The translations under genes and the position numbers were made by a program. A stretch of DNA of 64,000 bases, taken from positions 3,258 through 67,257 of IMG/VR virus record IMGVR_UViG_3300047548_000930, one strand, 5' to 3'. A model generated the notes under the pieces. The model saw only the letters and a program-made list of their open reading frames with translations, ran no database searches and was not told the DNA's origin. Below, piece by piece: positions 62,782 to 64,000 of this stretch (positions are counted from its first letter, which is position 1; each line of letters begins with the position of its first letter). The DNA comes from a virus.

Positions 62782-63231
62782 TTAGGCTACAGCAGCGAGC
62801 TTAGCAGCCTTTTCAGCAGCCCGCTTTTCACGCTTACGAGCAGCGTCCTTAATACGCTTCAACGCGAGCTTAGCAGCAGGGCTAAGCGGACCCTCAGTAA
62901 CTTCAACAACGGGTTCCTCAACCACAGGCTTAGCAACCTTCTTTACAACCTTTGGCTTAGCAGCAACAGCTTTTTCAATCTTGGCGCGAACCGCTTTAAC
63001 CTGCTTAGAGCCAATCTGGGCAGCAAGCTGCGGATGGTTAACCTCAAGCCAATCCAGCGCCTGGACCTTATTCATCGGCGCAGTATCAAAAAGCACAACT
63101 TCTACGTGCCCACCACGGGTCAAACGCTTAGCGCGGTTTTCAGCACCACCGTTAGCAACACGAAGCTTCATAGCATCGCGCTCACGGATACGGGACACAC
63201 CAACAACGGTAAAAAGCTTGGACTTAGTCAT
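62782..63231 (-). CDS. Early protein with Lys/Ala-rich, histone-like C-terminus
   Basis: AGGAG SD before ATG 63231; own promoter and terminator. Confidence 0.75.
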   Translation of the reverse strand: MTKSKLFTVVGVSRIRERDAMKLRVANGGAENRAKRLTRGGHVEVVLFDTAPMNKVQALDWLEVNHPQLAAQIGSKQVKAVRAKIEKAVAAKPKVVKKVAKPVVEEPVVEVTEGPLSPAAKLALKRIKDAARKREKRAAEKAAKLAAVA

Positions 63232-63283
63232 ACTGTAATCTCCTAATTGTGTGGGGAACAATTCCCCTCAACTCACATTATGG

Positions 63284-63404
63284 ATAATAACACCTGTGTC
63301 CGTTACGTCAACCAAAAAAACGCAAAAAAGTGTCAAAAAAGACAAAAAAGATTCTGTAATGAATTCAAGCACTTAGGAAAAGTACAATGAATTCAAACAC
63401 TTAG
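63284..63404 (-). promoter_or_regulatory. Early promoter with phased A-tracts and two direct IHF-like repeats
   Basis: TTGACG-N16-TATTAT (63284-63311); A6-7 tracts at 63314, 63324, 63335 and 63344; AATGAATTCAARCACTTAG at 63358 and 63386. Confidence 0.7.
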
Positions 63405-63745
63405 TTGGTTTGGGTTTCAACTGCAACCGGAGGTGTAGTTCCCCCTGTTTTACGCATAAAGTCCAAGAGTTGCTTTTCGTATGCCCCAATAAAGTAGTTC
63501 ATCAATTGGCTCCAATCCGTATTTTCGTTCATGGAATTTTTGACTACTTTTTGTCCATCAATGTCGATGATGATTTGATTTTCTTCATCACGCTTCTTTA
63601 ACCCAACGCTAAAACCGACTACTTCATCGTAGCGCACATTCTTTGGATCAGTCATATAACCCTTAATGTGCGTCTTAGTTGGGTCACGTGGTTTGGCTAG
63701 GTACTTGGCAAATAGATAACGATGCTTCTTCATATTACTCTTCAA
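63401..63745 (-). CDS. Conserved hypothetical protein
   Basis: ORF overlapping the end of the clamp-loader gene. Confidence 0.7.
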   Translation of the reverse strand: MKSNMKKHRYLFAKYLAKPRDPTKTHIKGYMTDPKNVRYDEVVGFSVGLKKRDEENQIIIDIDGQKVVKNSMNENTDWSQLMNYFIGAYEKQLLDFMRKTGGTTPPVAVETQTN

Positions 63746-64000
63746 TAGTTGTTAATTCGACTAGCGTAGCTGCAAGATTAATCTCAGTGTCTGCAACTAG
63801 CGAATGATTTACAAGACCATCCCTGATCTTCACAATAGCTACATCTTGTCCTTCTGGCGTCTTTGCCCATAGATGCAAGTTGTCATACATCCAACGGAAC
63901 ATTTCTTCCATTTCATCTGGTCGTACATTAGCACAAGCAAGCTTACGTGCTTCTGCAATCTTACCAGCCTTAAACAGATCAACCATCTTAATACGATAGT
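63735..64000 (-). CDS. Clamp loader (gp44/RFC-like) C-terminus, partial
   Basis: Frame open to the window edge; ADTEINLAATLVEL end motif. Confidence 0.7.
   Translation of the reverse strand, partial: YRIKMVDLFKAGKIAEARKLACANVRPDEMEEMFRWMYDNLHLWAKTPEGQDVAIVKIRDGLVNHSLVADTEINLAATLVELTTIEE

Noticed and set aside
61487-63404. CRISPR-like mini-array from the 19-bp repeats
   Set aside because: Only two copies per site, mixed orientation, 9-15 nt gaps and no cas genes; fits protein-binding sites better.
705-63601. Many short plus-strand and alternate-frame ORFs in the track (e.g. 9834-10358, 36826-37308, 29462-29845)
   Set aside because: They lie fully inside recognisable genes and have no independent signals.
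1-64000. Stop-codon reassignment
   Set aside because: Genes are full-length and tightly packed under the standard code, and TAA, TGA and TAG all end genes.
1-64000. tRNA or rRNA genes
   Set aside because: Intergenic gaps are short and I saw no cloverleaf with a T-loop motif; tRNAscan was not run.

Overview
64 kb of a large T4-like (myovirus-type) phage genome, almost all on the minus strand, with no tRNA, rRNA or CRISPR array detected. The host is probably an alphaproteobacterium; this is inferred from an ErfK/SrfK-type L,D-transpeptidase, a GapR-like protein and TTGAC-N-TATTAT promoters. Left to right the window holds: (1) a 7-deazaguanine cluster (queD, folE, a DpdL-type T-fold protein, a long TGT/DpdA-like transglycosylase) interleaved with sugar enzymes (GT-B glycosyltransferase, GalE-like epimerase, Zn dehydrogenase, Gfo/Idh/MocA oxidoreductase), with a preQ1-riboswitch-like pseudoknot in front of queD; (2) sliding clamp and family B DNA polymerase; (3) an AT-rich PLP enzyme / amidinotransferase / 2OG-Fe(II) oxygenase cassette; (4) virion and tail-fibre genes; (5) about a dozen late proteins sharing a short M-x-I/L-x-E/D-L-x-E leader, including a 2073-aa multi-enzyme protein that looks like a protease-cleaved polyprotein; (6) clpA, dnaJ, holins and phoH; (7) an early region with RNA-repair and ribosome-rescue genes, a family of small F-x2-E-x-D-A-x2-F-x-L-x-W proteins, and three free-standing homing endonucleases, two of them preceded by the same covarying RNA structure. 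The best candidates for an undescribed system are a glycosylated 7-deazaguanine modification pathway with its own riboswitch-like leader, and a capsid-packaged effector/polyprotein set. All family calls come from motif recognition by eye; no searches were run.
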